Shown here piece after piece: positions 38,986 through 56,578 of a DNA stretch of 64,000 nt. How positions within the stretch are numbered: position 1 is the first letter of the stretch; each line of letters opens with the position of its first letter. The DNA lies in NCBI RefSeq assembly GCF_009914755.1, contig NC_060932.1; one strand, written 5' to 3'. Both the position numbers and the translations under genes were made by a program. This DNA is from the human T2T-CHM13v2.0 reference genome, Homo sapiens. The notes under the pieces are model-generated. The model was not told the origin of the DNA, made no database searches, and saw only the letters and a list, made by a program, of their open reading frames with translations.

Positions 38986-41900
38986 AACAGCAATTATAAA
39001 TGTCATGAAGAGGTAAAGAATCTGGAAGTTTCTAGAAGTGATCAGGCCAGTGGGGTAGGAGAATAAGGAATGAGAAAGGTGGTGTTAAAATGAACTATTT
39101 GAAATTCTTAATTCCCCCAAAACATGACACACTGACTATTGCTTCTTGCTTATATGAGCTTGCTATTATTATTGTTGTTATTATTGTTACTTTATTATAA
39201 TTAATATTACCTAAAAAGCTTCCTCCTTTTGTCTTTGTCAGGTTAAATGTTACTCTTCTTTTAAATTCCTTTGGGATTTAAATGGATGAATGAATGAACA
39301 ATTGGCATTGTATTATTATTATTACTATAAATAATTGAGAAAATATTAAAAGAGTCAGAAAAGGAGAGTGGGAAAAAGGCCTCTGAGGTAGGTGTGAGAT
39401 TTCACTTGGCTTCACAGTCACACCGTGAGGCTTACCTCCTGCCCACTGTAGACAAGAGGCAGGAGAAGTGAAGTAACACATTCACATTGGCACATGAGTA
39501 AGTGAAAGAGCTAGGTAATGACTCCCTGCCTGGCTGGCTGCAAAGCAAGTGCAAACTTTAATTTAAAAAACAGACCTAAATAATAAGTAACATTTAATCT
39601 GACATACATGGACATTTGCACTATGGGCTGCAGATATGTTGGTGTTGTTATGGTTTGATTAATTGTCTGGGTGGCTTACTGTCACTTCATGAAGGTGTCT
39701 GCTAAAATGTCACTTCCTGAAAAATGTTTTTCCTGAACCTGTCTTAAGGAAACTTCACCACCACTGCTCTGGACCCTTTTATCAGGTTTTTTTTGTTTGT
39801 TTGTTTGTTTGTTTTTAATATCTGACAATTTCTATTCACTTTCCTACTATTTATAAGAGCAGAGCCTGGAGCTCAAAAACTTTATGGAACCAATGACTTG
39901 AATACTTGAATAAGAAAGCTAATCATAGCTTCTTCCACCCTCACAGTTTTATCTTACCAATTAAAAATGAATGGATATTTTTCTCCTTTTATAAAATTGA
40001 GTGCGCTTCTGACAGCACAGCTTTAGATTAATCTATTTGAATCTCTTACAATAAATAATCAGCTTCCATGCCCTATCTGCCCAAATATTGTATTTTAGGT
40101 TGCTTGTAAGCCGTGAAATTCAGGAAAGTATACTAAGTAACATGTGGCTTATTGTTAGTCTATACAAGAAAGACCTCGATTTTGGCTGCCTTTTGTTTAT
40201 CTCAACCACTTTTATCTTAAGCCTTTGCTATCTACACAAAGGGCACATGTCAACACATGCAATAAGGTAGATCCAGAAGTTCCCTCCGTGCAACTGTGAG
40301 GCTGATGTGAAATGTACTGACAACTGTCCCTAACCCTGGTGCCAAAAACATAGTCCCATCTCGCTGCTGCTGCCGGCAGGGTGGGCTGTACTTTGCTGCA
40401 AGTATTCCTACATACTTCTAATTTGAATTTTTGCAAAGCATTTAAAGTATTTCTGTAAACATATCAGAAATACAGGAAAGCTTGCCACACCCTGTTTAAG
40501 AGGTTATTGTCTCTGATACTGTAGTACATTTTAATAGGGTTGTTTTCCATCTATTCTTATTCCCTCCCTTAACCTCATATCAATTTGAGATCCATCGATG
40601 TGTCACATTCGGGATTTGTTACCAAGAGAAACTTAACTGTCAGGTTTCCTGTTCTTTTTTAGAAGACGAAGAATGCTCTGTAGCTTTTACTTATTATATG
40701 TGATAGATGAAGGAAAACAGTTGAGTGCAACAAATGTATAAAAGCAGAATGGTAAATCTTTGAAAAGCTCTTTGGTGCCACCATGTGGATAAGATTTGGT
40801 AGTTTTGAAACTATGCTGGGACATTCTGTTCTTCAAACAATTCTACTTGCATACACAATTTTTGTTCCACTACCTTCCTAAAATCTAGTTCTCCCATTAC
40901 CCTTGAAAAGATGAATTTTTATTATAAAGTAAATCAAGGGAAGTCTCAGAAATTGATCTGAATAACATTTAACTTTTCAGCCAGAGCTCACTTGCTCTTT
41001 TTTTCTCCCTTTGAATGTGAAATAGGGGGTAAGACCTCATTTATAAGCTTCATTTGAGGATTTTCAATAAAAGAACATTATATCTGAACTAAATCAATAA
41101 CTTTTACTTGGGTTTTCATCCTCATACACAGCCTCAGGCCTGAGTACCTCTGCATTCTAATCAAAGAACATCGTCTTTTTATTTACAAACATTAATATGG
41201 CTTACTAGAAACTATTCTAAGCAATCCACAAAAACCAACATTTGCTCTTTTTGACAACCCTTTGTGGTAGGTACTGTCATCATCATAAGCATTACCACCA
41301 CCACCAGCAGCAGATTCTGTGCTCTTAACCTCTGTGCTCCATTCACCTGGTGCTCATTTCAATCAGCCGATGATTTGAGGAGCCTCTCACTTAACACTCA
41401 TGTTCTCAATCTATAGGCTCAACCCTGTTCAGTTTTCTAGGTGATCCTGACTCAGGCAGATAGGTTCTATGCCCACAGCCATGGCATCATTGTGTACATT
41501 GGGTCTATTATTAGTCCATTTGCTCCAAACCTAGATTCTGTAGTGCCATGGGCATGCCCTGTAAATCCCCAAATGTACTGGCAATCTTTTTCTCCCTCCC
41601 TATTGTGTTGGCCCAACCGGTATGAACTCCTGCCTCAGTAACCTAGCACACCATTTACATACTGGGGGAGAACACAACCCCGGATTCTGACCTCCTCTGA
41701 AAGGCTGAACTATGATGCTCGTGGCTAAGTAGCATAAATATTTCCATTGAAATGCCCCTGCTTCCAGGTTAAACCTAGGAGAGCCAGGTTTAAGTATAGC
41801 CAGAGTTATTTGTGAGATTCATTAATCTGCACACATTCCCTGTACAAACAGCCACACACTTGGGTCCATTCTGCGAGCCCCTGGGCCCCATCCTAACTCC

Positions 41901-43645
41901 TCCTCAGTGCATGTTATTAAGATCACAGGAGGTTTTCAACCCAAATCAGTCCAGCTCTTTTCCATTGCTCTGCTATATAATAACTGTACTTCTTTTGGTA
42001 TTCCCCTATTCCTATGGTGCTCTTGCACTCTCATACACACATCAAGTATCTCCCCTCAGTTTCTTTAAAAAGGTGCCAATCTGTTCCACATTTGACAAAG
42101 CTTTCTCTGATAATTGGTCTGCAGCAGAGAGTTTACTAATTTCTTCAATCATAGGAAATTGAATGAATCGTTTTCAGCAAAAATCCCCCAGTTATTTGAG
42201 CAGGAACATGCTTTGGTCACTACTGACCTTGAGCTTGTAAATAATCCTTAATGTTAGTCTTTGGTTTCATGTGTGTCTGCAGAATTGGGAGACACTGTCG
42301 GTACTTTTTTACATTGTTTTAATTTAAAAAACACAAGGACATTGCTTTAGAGCCTGGAACCATTCTGTGAAAACAGAAGACAACTTAATATGGAGTCTTT
42401 AATAATTTAGTTGAATATATTTAATTTAATTTTCTCCTGAAGACATCAATATATTTTAAGTTTTTCTCTAAAGAAGTGGAGGGTCTTTCCATTGCATGCA
42501 CGTAATTCAAATATGGCTGGTGTGTGCTTCTAAGTGTCTATCCAACCTGATGTTGAATGGCTGGGAATTCATACATGGACCTTTGTTTTTTACAATTAGT
42601 AGGTGTAGTCTTGTGATAAATGAATGTTTTTTGAAAACTGAGTATTAAAAAGGCATTAAAGGGCAATATACCATACATATATTTGTTTAAGGTCTTTATA
42701 TAAGGGAAAAGCTCAGTGTAGTGTAGAGGAAAGATTTGGAGTCATAGAATTGAGTTCCAATTCTGCTCTCAACTGTATTAACAACTTAATAATATTTTTA
42801 TTTCAGTGAAAACTTTTTATGTAAATGGAGAAAATAATGCTGTCCTTCTAGAAGTGGGGTGTGTGTGTGTGTGTTTGTTTAAAGATGATAAATCTAAAGT
42901 GCCACATTCGGGACTCATACATTTTAATTGTTTTATAATGATTATTTGTGTTATTTTTAACTCAATAAAACCCAAACAATATCTATCTTTTCTTTTCCTG
43001 TGTCTTTTCCAGATTTTCTTCTTCCTTCTCTTTTCCCCCCCCTTTTCTTCCTGCTTCTTTCTCCCAAAAAGCAGTAAAGTATGGAGAAGAAGCAATACAT
43101 ATCACATTCTTACAGACCAACTGCTTCATTTCATTTTGACCCTCTCTGGCCAAAGTGCATTTATAATTTACAGTAATGCAATAATAAATTTAGGATAATT
43201 TACAAAGGCAATTTTGGTTAGAGTAATTAAATATGAACTCAGAGTAATTATAAATTCAAAATGATTTTTAAACTGTGAGTTAGAGAAAAATCAGCAAAAT
43301 ATTTAGCAAAATCGTAATTCAAAATGAAGGAACCTTTGCATATTTTCATTTAAAATTTAAAATCAGTTTAGATATCTGACAGTTTTCTCCAATGTGTCCC
43401 AACATTGCCCATAGGTAGACCACAGAATCCCCAATCAGTGTCTTGCTCCACTCTTAACCATTAGGAAACTGCAGAAAGCAGAGTAATTCGGTCCACTTGG
43501 GCATCTGGATCGCCTGCCCTGGACACTGAGCATTAGAGAGCTCTGCTCTGCTCTCTTCCCAGCAATATTTTCCTCTATCTGTATGTCCACTACCAATGAG
43601 GAACCTATTGTGTATATACTTAGATCCTCCGCCCTTCTTGTCAAC

Positions 43646-43968
43646 CTGTGTTTCTCAAACCCTCTGGGGTCAAGGTTCATTTTTCTCTTTACTGTTTTGA
43701 GGATCAATATGTTGATAAAAATACAATAAAAATAAATTTCTAAAAAGACAAAATGTAATTTAAAAGAAATATAAGCATCTAGGTTTTTTTTTTTTTATTA
43801 GCTTCAACAGACATGTAAGTACTCAATCGAGTTGCTGTGAAGTTTCTGAGTACTCAGTCAATTGCTGTGAAGTTTCTAAGCTCTTATTCTCAATTTTGTA
43901 TATATCTTGTTGCGGTCTAGAAACAGTTTCCAGACAAGCTGTTTATGGACATGCTTTGAGTAGCAGTG
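43646..43968 (-). mobile_element. MER5C-like hAT MITE with a 31-bp internal tandem duplication
   Basis: Termini 'ctgtgtttctcaaac' / 'ctttgagtagcagtg'; 'agtactca..c.a.ttgctgtgaagtttct' at 43818 and 43849. Confidence 0.7.
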
Positions 43969-44779
43969 TTCTAAATCACACTCCCAATATTCAGGCCCCC
44001 CGAATTTCCTGCACAAAGGTCCCAAGCCAGCCACAATTGCCTAGAGCATCTCCTCCAGGATCATTCTCCCAAGAGTGGTGAAGGAATCCCTTGGCCCTCG
44101 GGATAACCTAGGGTAAACTGTTGGTGGATGTTGTGGGCTTGTGGACAGAACTTGGACGTATGGGCCAATCTGTCCCTGCAGGGAGACATGGGCACCTCAT
44201 GCAGGACTGGGATGGGAATGGGAAGAAAGGGGCCCAGGATCCTAGCAATTCCTCCTCTTACCCTCTTGCTCCATTCCCAGGAAACATTTGAGTGGAGATG
44301 CGATTGCTGTTTTGTCAGCTTTTTCTATATTTCTGAAGGCCCTGTTGTTCCTTGAGCCTGGACTCCCTGGATCTGCTAGACTAATCCTGAGCTTTGCTCC
44401 TGCCTCCCACTTTGCCCTTCCCCAGGGCTGCGGGTTTTCATGTTCAGTGCATTTGCTCCATATTACTCCTGTTTCCTTTTCTGAAAATGAATCTTTTAAA
44501 CTATTAGGATAAAGTGTGCCTATCCTAAATTCATGGATTTCTAAGATTTTTATAGGAATGACACAGAGTTTCTGAATTCTAGCCACTGTAACATCTCATT
44601 GCCATGCCACCTCTGAAATGTCTGTGTTGATGACCCTGATTTAGGACCCAGATCTGCCACGAATCCTTGGTTCAGTTTAGCTCAGCAGAAATGTGTTGCA
44701 TATCTGCAGTTGAGCAGGCACCACGTTGCGTTCTGGGATTACGATGCTGCATAAGACCAAACCCATCCACTCAAAGAGT

Positions 44780-44930
44780 GTAACATCTAATAGGCTTTTT
44801 TTTTCTTTTTTGTAAATGTGGAATCTGAAATCCAGAGAGTTGAAGCAATTTGCCCCCAATCCCACAGCTAGTGCAAAGAAGAAGTTGCTTCAAACCAGAT
44901 TTTTTGGCTCAGTGTCCAGGGACCTTTCCA
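44780..44930 (-). mobile_element. MIR fragment
   Basis: 'ggaatctgaaatccagagagttgaagcaatttgcccc...cacagctagtg'. Confidence 0.6.
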
Positions 44931-45139
44931 GTATATCATTCTTCCTCATATGTCTCAGAACAAAGCTAGTAGACATTTCTGAAAAACGTTCACCTTTGCT
45001 GCATTGCTGCTCCATACATCAAAGAGATTTACACAATCTTGAGGTTCTATAAGATCTATTGAATCCCTCCCAATGTGTAGGAGGCACAGAGAATTGGAAA
45101 CAGTTAAGGGGTCTGAGTTTAATTCTGAGGAACTTAAAT

Positions 45140-45300
45140 TTATAGTTTTTCTTTGATCAACTTAACCTGTTGCCTTCAGTTTCCTTGTCTGTGAAGTAGG
45201 AATCATCTATGTCATAGAGTTGGTATGAAAATTAATTATATACGTGAAAGTATTGGTACCATTGGTGCTACCTCATATTAGGAACTCAGTGCATGAGAAT
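45140..45300 (+). mobile_element. MIR fragment
   Basis: 'cttaacctg...ttcagtttccttgtctgtgaagtaggaat...catagagttggtatgaaaattaa'. Confidence 0.6.
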
Positions 45301-45390
45301 TCCTTCCCCTTTCTTGTCTGTTTTGTGAAACTCAAATCCTTTAGTCACTAGATGTAAATGTACACATTAAAAGTATTCATTAGAAGGTGC

Positions 45391-45443
45391 AAATTCACTA
45401 TAGCCACTGCCTAGTTAAAATTCACTATAACCAGTGCCTAGTT
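45391..45443. repeat. Two-copy 27-bp tandem duplication
   Basis: 'aaattcactata(g/a)cca(c/g)tgcctagtt' at 45391 and 45418. Confidence 0.85.
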
Positions 45444-45451
45444 CAAAACTT

Positions 45452-46950
45452 GATTTTTTAAAACGATTTTTTGAAACAATTTCAGTTTAACAGAAAAATT
45501 GAGCAGACACTGCAGAGTTCCTATATAATCCTGAATGCTCTGCATACAGTTTCTTCTATTATTAGCATCTTATATTAGCACAATGTATTTCCGGTAATTA
45601 TTGAACCAATGTTGATGTGTTAGTCTGTTCTCATGTTGCTAATAAAAACATACCTGAGAGTTGGTAATCTATAAAGGAAAGAGGTTTAATGGACTCACAG
45701 TTCCACGTGGCTGGGGAAGCCTCACAATCATTGTGGAAGACAAAGGAAAAGCAAAGGGATGCCTCACGTAGTGGCAGGCAAGAGAGAGCGTATGCAGGGG
45801 AACTCCTCTTTATAAAACCATCAGATCTCATGAGACTTATTCACTATCATGAGAACAACATACGAAAGACCCGCCCCCATAATTCAGTTACCTCCCACTG
45901 GATCCCTCTCATGTCAGTCACATGGGAATTATGGGAGCTACAATTCAAGATGAGATTTGGGTAGGGACACAGCCAAACCATATTAGTTGATAAACCATTA
46001 ACTAAAATCCAAAGTTTATTAAGATTTTTTTCTTTTAGTTTTTACCGAATGTCTTTTTTATGTTCCGGGATCCCATTTAGACTACCATGTTATACTTAGC
46101 TGTCATGTCTTCTTAGGTTCTGCTTGACTGCTTGACTCCCAGACTTTCTTTGTTTTTGATGATAGTTTTGAGGAATACTGGTCAGGTGTTTTGTAAGATT
46201 CTTTTCTGTTGTATTTTGTCTGATATTTTTCTCATGATTAGACTGCAGATAGAGTTTTTTGGAAGGAACATCACGGAGGTAAGGCAATTTTTAGCACATC
46301 ACAACAAAGGATACATATATCCTTTATGTATAACTGTTGATTTATAACTGTTGGTGCTGATCTGGATCAACCAGCTGAAGTAGTGTTTGTCAGATTTTTC
46401 CACTGTAATGTTATTCTTCGCTGCTCTTCTTTGTGTATTGTGCTCTTTGAAAGGAAATCATTATATACAGCCCACATTCAAAAAGAGTGAGTAGTTATGT
46501 TCTCTCCTTTAGAGAGGAGTATCTACATAATTTATCTGGAATCCTCCTCCCGCATTTATAAGTTTATTAAACCACTTGTTTATATCAGTATGGAATGATG
46601 GGTATTTGTTTTATTTGGGGGTTATTAGCCATGATATATTTTACTTATTTTGTTACTCAAATACTTCCAGCTTTGGCCACTCAGAGCTCCTTCAGTGGGT
46701 TCCTGTGCACTTCGACGTCTCTCCGTCAATGTACATGTGTGTATGTGTGTATATTTTGTTTGTTTAGCATTTTCTTACTTTGTGGCAGTACAAGATGCTC
46801 CAGGTTCAGTTTGGATATTTCCTACTCCAGTATACAATCAGCTATTTCTGCAAGCATCCCTAGTTGTTTCTAAAGGAGAATGGCATTTGAAACTAAGATC
46901 TGGACACTAGGCATGCTTGTTTCTACTGCAGTACCATTTCCTTTAGGCAT
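45452..46950 (-). mobile_element. L1MC-type 3' end, interrupted by a THE1 LTR
   Basis: 'cagaaaaattgagcaga...cagagttcctatata', 'ttgaggaatactggtcagg', 'gagaatggcatttgaaactaagatctgg'. Confidence 0.8.
45616..45985 (-). mobile_element. THE1 (THE1C-like) MaLR solo LTR
   Basis: 370 bp, 'tgtgttagtctgttctcatgttgctaataaa...gacacagccaaaccatatta'; perfect 5-bp TSD GTTGA at 45611-45615 and 45986-45990. Confidence 0.95.
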
Positions 46951-49269
46951 TTGGATTTTAATGTCCACATTCATGGTGTTATTATTATCACAGTTTATCC
47001 TACTTTACAGAAAACTAAAAGTGGTATAATAAGATGCCACTGAGTGCATTTTGGAAATTTTTTATTCACATAACTTTTTCCAGTTTTTTGTGATTTGATT
47101 GATGAAAGTGTCATTAACTTCCTAAAAATTATGATGTACATCAAAGAGGTGAAGTGATTATCTTTACAGCAAATAAATGTTTATATACACATTTTTCCCA
47201 TTTACCTAACCATTTTCTTCCTAGCATTATAACCATCCCATTTTCTCTAGGACTGAGGCAGTTCACAGTTTTAAAACCAAGAAAGTCCTGGGCAAGAATT
47301 AATCAGCCACTCTATTCACAGCTCTGATAACCATTATAATTAGGTATTAAATAGAGACACTTAGAGATATGCGGGTGTGTGTTCATACATGTATATGAAT
47401 GAACACATACACACACACAAAAGTTGACATTATGTCTGAATATTTTCATCATAGTATCCCTAACTTATTGACTGGTTCACTCTATTAATATTTGTAAGTT
47501 AAATGAGTGACAAGGTTAATTGAATGAATTCATAGCCTGTTTGATTAACGCAATAAATATATGGTCGTACATCATATAAGTATTTACACATTACATGTCT
47601 GTTTTTAGAATACTTTTCACCTACTTTCTCATTATCATTGTATCTCCACTTTCCCTAAACTGTAGTAATGTTGTAATATTTGGGATAGTTTAAAAGCTTT
47701 GTTTTTATAGCCATGTCTATAGTGGGTTCACTCCCCCAATTACACAAAGCACTCTCATACTAGTAAACAAAGTGTTGGAATTTGCATTTGTGGATGTGAA
47801 CATTTTTTTCTGTTTTTGGTTATTTGTCTCCATTTTTTTAAATAAATTTACTGTTCCGGTTTTTTTGTTAATTTTTGTATTTGTATTTGTCTTACTAGTC
47901 ACAGCTCTTTTCATAGTAATGGTATTAGCCTATTTTCTAACATATACTAACCTTTTTCTCTTAGATTGTGGTTTGAATTGTTTGCTATGTAGAAGATTTA
48001 TATTTTGGGATTTTGGGGGTTTGTGTGTTTCCAGTAGTGAGATTTATTTATTATTTCTTCATAACTTCTGGCTCTGGTGTCATTTGTAAAACTTAAAAAA
48101 TGCTATTTGTTAAAAAAAACAGCATGAAAAGTGGTCCATGTGGTTGTCTGTATATTACCCAAGTCATGAATACCTAGCAATATCAGTTATCAGAAATGAC
48201 AAATATCATAAAGTCACATCAGGAGAGCATAGTAAAGGCAGGAGAGCATACTTAAGTTGTAACACTTTCCCTGTGACAAACTCCCCCTTTTGTAGGCTTT
48301 GTTGCTGGCATATACCGTATTTATCTATGAGCCAGGACAAGACCACTAATGAATCTTATAAAGCTTGAGAAAGTGACTATGCAAAAGAAAATAGATCCAG
48401 CCTGTTACTCTACTCCAGAAGAGAGATGTGCAAGGACTTTAAAAATAAACAGTCTTCAATATTCCTTTCCGGAGATAATACGATTCTTTTATGTGAGATA
48501 TGTAACTTTCTTTTCCTTTAATTACTACAAAAATAATTTGAATTTTAGACAACTCTGTGCTATTTGGGAGTATTACTTTGTGTGAGTTGGTGCAAAATGG
48601 AAAATTACAAACATCATTTAAATGTCCTCTGAATAAACTAGGTATAAAAAGAGTAAGAAAACCAAGTTCAATATCCTTGGAACAACATTGCTAATGTTAT
48701 TTTTAAATGCATGTTTATGAATCCATAGTGACACTGCACAAAGAAAAAAATCACCACTGCATGTAAATTGCTTGCATTTTCCAGTAAATACCACTTTAGT
48801 TTTCGTAGTAAAATTTACTGTGCAAAATGGATTATACTCACTCTTCCCTTTGAAGGTGGTTGCAAAGTGTGTTTTGTGATCCAAGTTCATGGATTGCAGA
48901 AGCTCTTGAAAAGATTACGGGTTTATGAGTTGCTTTAGGTAAAGAAGTTAATCAAATACTAGAAAAAATAAAATATCTAGGTAAACACACAATTTCAATA
49001 TAAAAAATTTAAGGTAGGCAGAGTTATGCTTGTCTTATAGAATTACAGTCTGAGACCTGAAAGCCTCAATTTTCATAAGAACTAAAAATGAATCATTTCA
49101 GAATCAAGTTTAACACAGTAAACTTAGTTGCAAATAAAGGAAAAACATAAAATATATACTTAAAGAAATAAACACCCTTGAACTTTTTACTGTGTTCTTT
49201 CACAAAATAATTGATGCTAAACATAATCACAAAATTTGGGCAGAAAGCTCATGTGACATTATCCTGACT

Positions 49270-49490
49270 CTTAATGATAATAATAATGATAACCATAGAA
49301 TCCACCGGATGTTGAAAATGTGCAAGACACTGACACAGGTACCTCGCATGTGGTAACTAACTGCATCCTCTTAGCAACCTTAGGAAGGAACTGCTATTAC
49401 TATCCCCATTTTAGATGAGAAAATTTAGACACACAATGGTGAAATAAGTTATCCAAAGTCACACACTAACTGAAGTAGGCAGAAATTCAA
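49270..49490 (-). mobile_element. MIR SINE
   Basis: 'ctattactatccccattttagatgagaaaatt...aataagttatccaaagtcacac'. Confidence 0.7.
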
Positions 49491-49723
49491 TGTAGATATA
49501 ATAGGTAATATCCATTTTTATCACTTATAGAATCCTGTTGATCCCATACAATAATGTACAGGGAAAAAAAGCCTTTTGAAAAATTGTAATGCCCAACAAC
49601 ATAGCTAAAGCATTAACATCATTATAGGTTTTTTAGTCTCTCAAATATTTTCCTAATTCATGCAAAATTATTACTTAAGGTCAGAAATCCGCAGTTTTTA
49701 CTTTAAACAATTTTCTTCAGATT

Positions 49724-49747
49724 TATATATATATATATATATATAAT
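49724..49747. repeat. (TA)n microsatellite
   Basis: Directly visible. Confidence 0.85.
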
Positions 49748-49829
49748 ACACAAATCTTGCCATTTATATTTCAATGGCTACAGAACTTGTAGCCTACCAG
49801 CCACCTTCTCTCGTTGGTCTAAAAAGTAT

Positions 49830-50080
49830 AGAATCTTGAGTCAAGGGGTCTTCTCTTCCAAATTCATCTCCACAATTTATAAGCTTTTACAGAATAACTA
49901 AATTGTTAGGCCTTAGCGTCCTCATCTGTAAAATGGGATCCACTAATAGTACCTATGACACTGAATTACTATAAAGATTAGTGTTTGTTAGCATCAATTT
50001 TCAAAGATAATTAGTTGAAGCATATTGTGCCTGGCACACAGTAAGAACTCAGTAAGCCTTAGCTGTTGCTGTTGTTATTA
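49830..50080 (+). mobile_element. MIR SINE
   Basis: 'cctcatctgtaaaatgggat...taatagtaccta...gtgcctggcacacagtaagaactcagtaa'. Confidence 0.72.
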
Positions 50081-50462
50081 ATATAAGTACGAGTATCAGT
50101 ATTACTCTCAGAATAGGTATTATTGTTGGTGTTGGAAGTAGTCTTATAAGAACAAACTAAAAGTTCTCCCTACACTCAAATTCTGAGCTAATATTATAGG
50201 AATGAAATCACAAAGGCCATCTGACAACATAAATCTTCCTGACTTGAGATTGCTTTTCAGAATCTAGAAGGACACATAAGAGATGGATCTCCTGCATGGA
50301 AGAGTGGTCACTAAACTTTAGATTACATCTTCCCTATTTCTCCAGAATGACTGTGCCTCCAGCCCTTCAATCTCCCTCAGTAATAGGCTGTTTAACTTAC
50401 TTGTGGAATATTGTATAGATTCTCAGGTATTTAAGGCTGGAAAGAACCTTAGAAGTGAATTA

Positions 50463-50541
50463 TTAGGTTGGTACAAATGTACTTGTAGTTTTTGCCCTAT
50501 TTTTAATGGCAAAAACCACAATTACCTTTGCACCAACCTAC
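50463..50541. mobile_element. MADE1 (Hsmar1-derived mariner MITE)
   Basis: ~80-bp palindrome TTAGGTTGGTACAAATGTACTTGTAGTTTTTGCC...GGCAAAAACCACAATTACCTTTGCACCAACCTA flanked by TA/TA. Confidence 0.92.
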
Positions 50542-51431
50542 TAGTTCAACTGGTGGGCTCTACAGAGGGCTGTAAAGTCAGGATTTGCTGCTATGGAAAG
50601 AGCTAAGACTACAGTCAGATTGTTCCTCCCTTCTTTCCTTTTTTTTTTTTTTTTCATTTTCTTTGTTTGGAAACATTTGCATATTTTCTAAAATCTTATA
50701 AAATATGCTGGTAGATTTGAACCCACAGAACAGTTTCCCCAGAATTATCCAGGAGGATATGGTACAGGCACTGTACATGGCATTTTACGACCTCAATAAA
50801 ATATCTTCCTGAAACCTGCCCTTGAGGAATGATGGCATAAATTACTGTAAAATGAGGCTTTAGAGGCAGAAACCACTTATTTCCTTATGTGCTACTATAT
50901 GTTCAGTCCTTGTCACAGTGCCTGACAGCTAATAGGTATTTCAAAACCATATAATCAATATGTGTGCTTTTTTAAGCAGCACTTTTTCATGAAGTTGCAC
51001 TTTAAGATATTTGTAGTTTTTTACGGAAATATTTCTAAAATGAATTGTTACTTTTTTGCTCTACTCTTTTATTAAACTGAGTTTACCTAATTTAGCTAGT
51101 CCCAGAGGACTGTTAGAGATTCTTTCTCTCCTGTTAGCTCTTATTTCCCAGTTGTATCAGCTTTAAAGAGCCCCCTTTCCTGCTATCATGTTAAATACAT
51201 TGAAAAAAAAAAAAACAGAACGTCCTTATGCGTAGCATGGGCATCTGCATACAATAGACTATCAATGTCAGTATGTATTTATATACCATCTTATTCCAGA
51301 AAAGAATGACACCTGCTTAAATGCTCAATAAAGGTATTGCAGAGTTAAATTAAATGTGATTAATCAGTTTAAACAGTGTACTACAAATATAAGTCAATAC
51401 GTTCTAAGAGAGCCTGACTATAGAACTTTCG

Positions 51432-51468
<37 letters not shown>

Positions 51469-51676
51469 ATTATTATACTTTAAGTTTTAGGGTACATGTG
51501 CACATTGTGCAGCTTAGTTACATATGTATACATGTGCCATGCTGGTGCGCTGCACCCACTAACTCGTCATCTAGCATTAGGTATATCTCCCAATGCTGTC
51601 CCTCCCCCCTCCCCCCACCCCACAACAGTCCCCAGAGTGTGATGTTCCTCTTCCTGTGTCCATGTGATCTCATTGT

Positions 51677-55498
<3,822 letters not shown>

Positions 55499-55561
55499 TA
55501 TGATGTTAGCTGGTTATTTTGCTCGTTAGTTGATGCAGTTACTTCCTAGTCTCGATGGTCT

Positions 55562-56578
55562 TTACATTTTGGCATGATTTTGCAGCAGCTGGTGCCGGTT
55601 GTTCCTTTCCATGTTTAGCGCTTCCTTCAGGAGCTCTTTTAGGGCAGGCCTGATGGTGACAAAATCTCTCAGCATTTGCTTGTCTGTAAAGTATTCTATT
55701 TCTCCTTCACTTATGAAGCTTAGTTTGGCTGGATATGAAATTCTGGGTTGAAAATTCTTTTCTTTAAGAATGTTGAATATTGGCCCCCACTCTCTTCTGG
55801 CTTGTAGGGTTTCTGCTGAGAGATCCGCTGTTAGTCTGATGGGCTTCCCTTTGAGGGTAACCCGACCTTTCTCTCTGGCTGCCCTTAACAATTTTTCCTT
55901 CATTTCAACTTTGGTGAATCTGACAATTATGTGTCTTGGAGTTGCTCTTCTCGAGGAGTATCTTTGTGGCATTCTCTGTATTTCCTGAATCTGAATGTTG
56001 GCCTGCCTTGCTAGATTGGGGAAGTTCTCCTGGATAATATCTTGCAGAGTGTTTTCCAACTTGGTTCCATTCTCCCCATCACTTTCAGGTACACCAATCA
56101 GACGTAGATTTGGTCTTTTCACATAGTCCCATATTTCTTGGAGGCTTTGCTCATTTCTTTTTATTACTTTTTCTCTAAACTTCCCTTCTCGCTTCATTTC
56201 ATTCATTTCATCTTCCATTGCTGATACCCTTTCTTCCAGTTGATCGCATCGGCTCCTGAGGCTTCTGCATTCTTCACGTAGTTCTCGAGCCTTGGTTTGC
56301 AGCTCCATCAGCTCCTTTAGGCACTTCTCTGTATTGGTTATTCTAGTTATACATTCTTCTAAATTGTTTTCAAAGTTTTCAACTTCTTTGCCTTTGGTTT
56401 GAATGTCCTCCCGTAGCTCAGAGTAATTTGATCATCTGAAGCCTTCTTCTCTCAGCTCGTCAAAGTCATTCTCCATCCAGTTTTGTTCCATTGCTGGTGA
56501 GGAACTGCATTCCTTTGGAGGAGGAGAGGCACTCTGCTTTTTAGAGTTTCCAGTTTTTCTGTTCTGTTTTTTCCCCAT
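55562..56578 (-). pseudogene. L1 ORF1p with nonsense codon 49 (CGA>TGA)
   Basis: ATG at 56578 (MGKKQNRKTGNSK); 1017 nt in frame; TGA at 56434-56432; the last 248 codons are open. Confidence 0.95.

Noticed and set aside
42806-43198. 130-aa hydrophobic ORF and 92-aa basic antisense ORF
   Set aside because: Low-complexity T/C-rich and (GT)n sequence; no ATG start or known motif
47772-48089. 105-aa membrane-like ORF
   Set aside because: T-rich, probably decayed L1M sequence producing F/L/V bias
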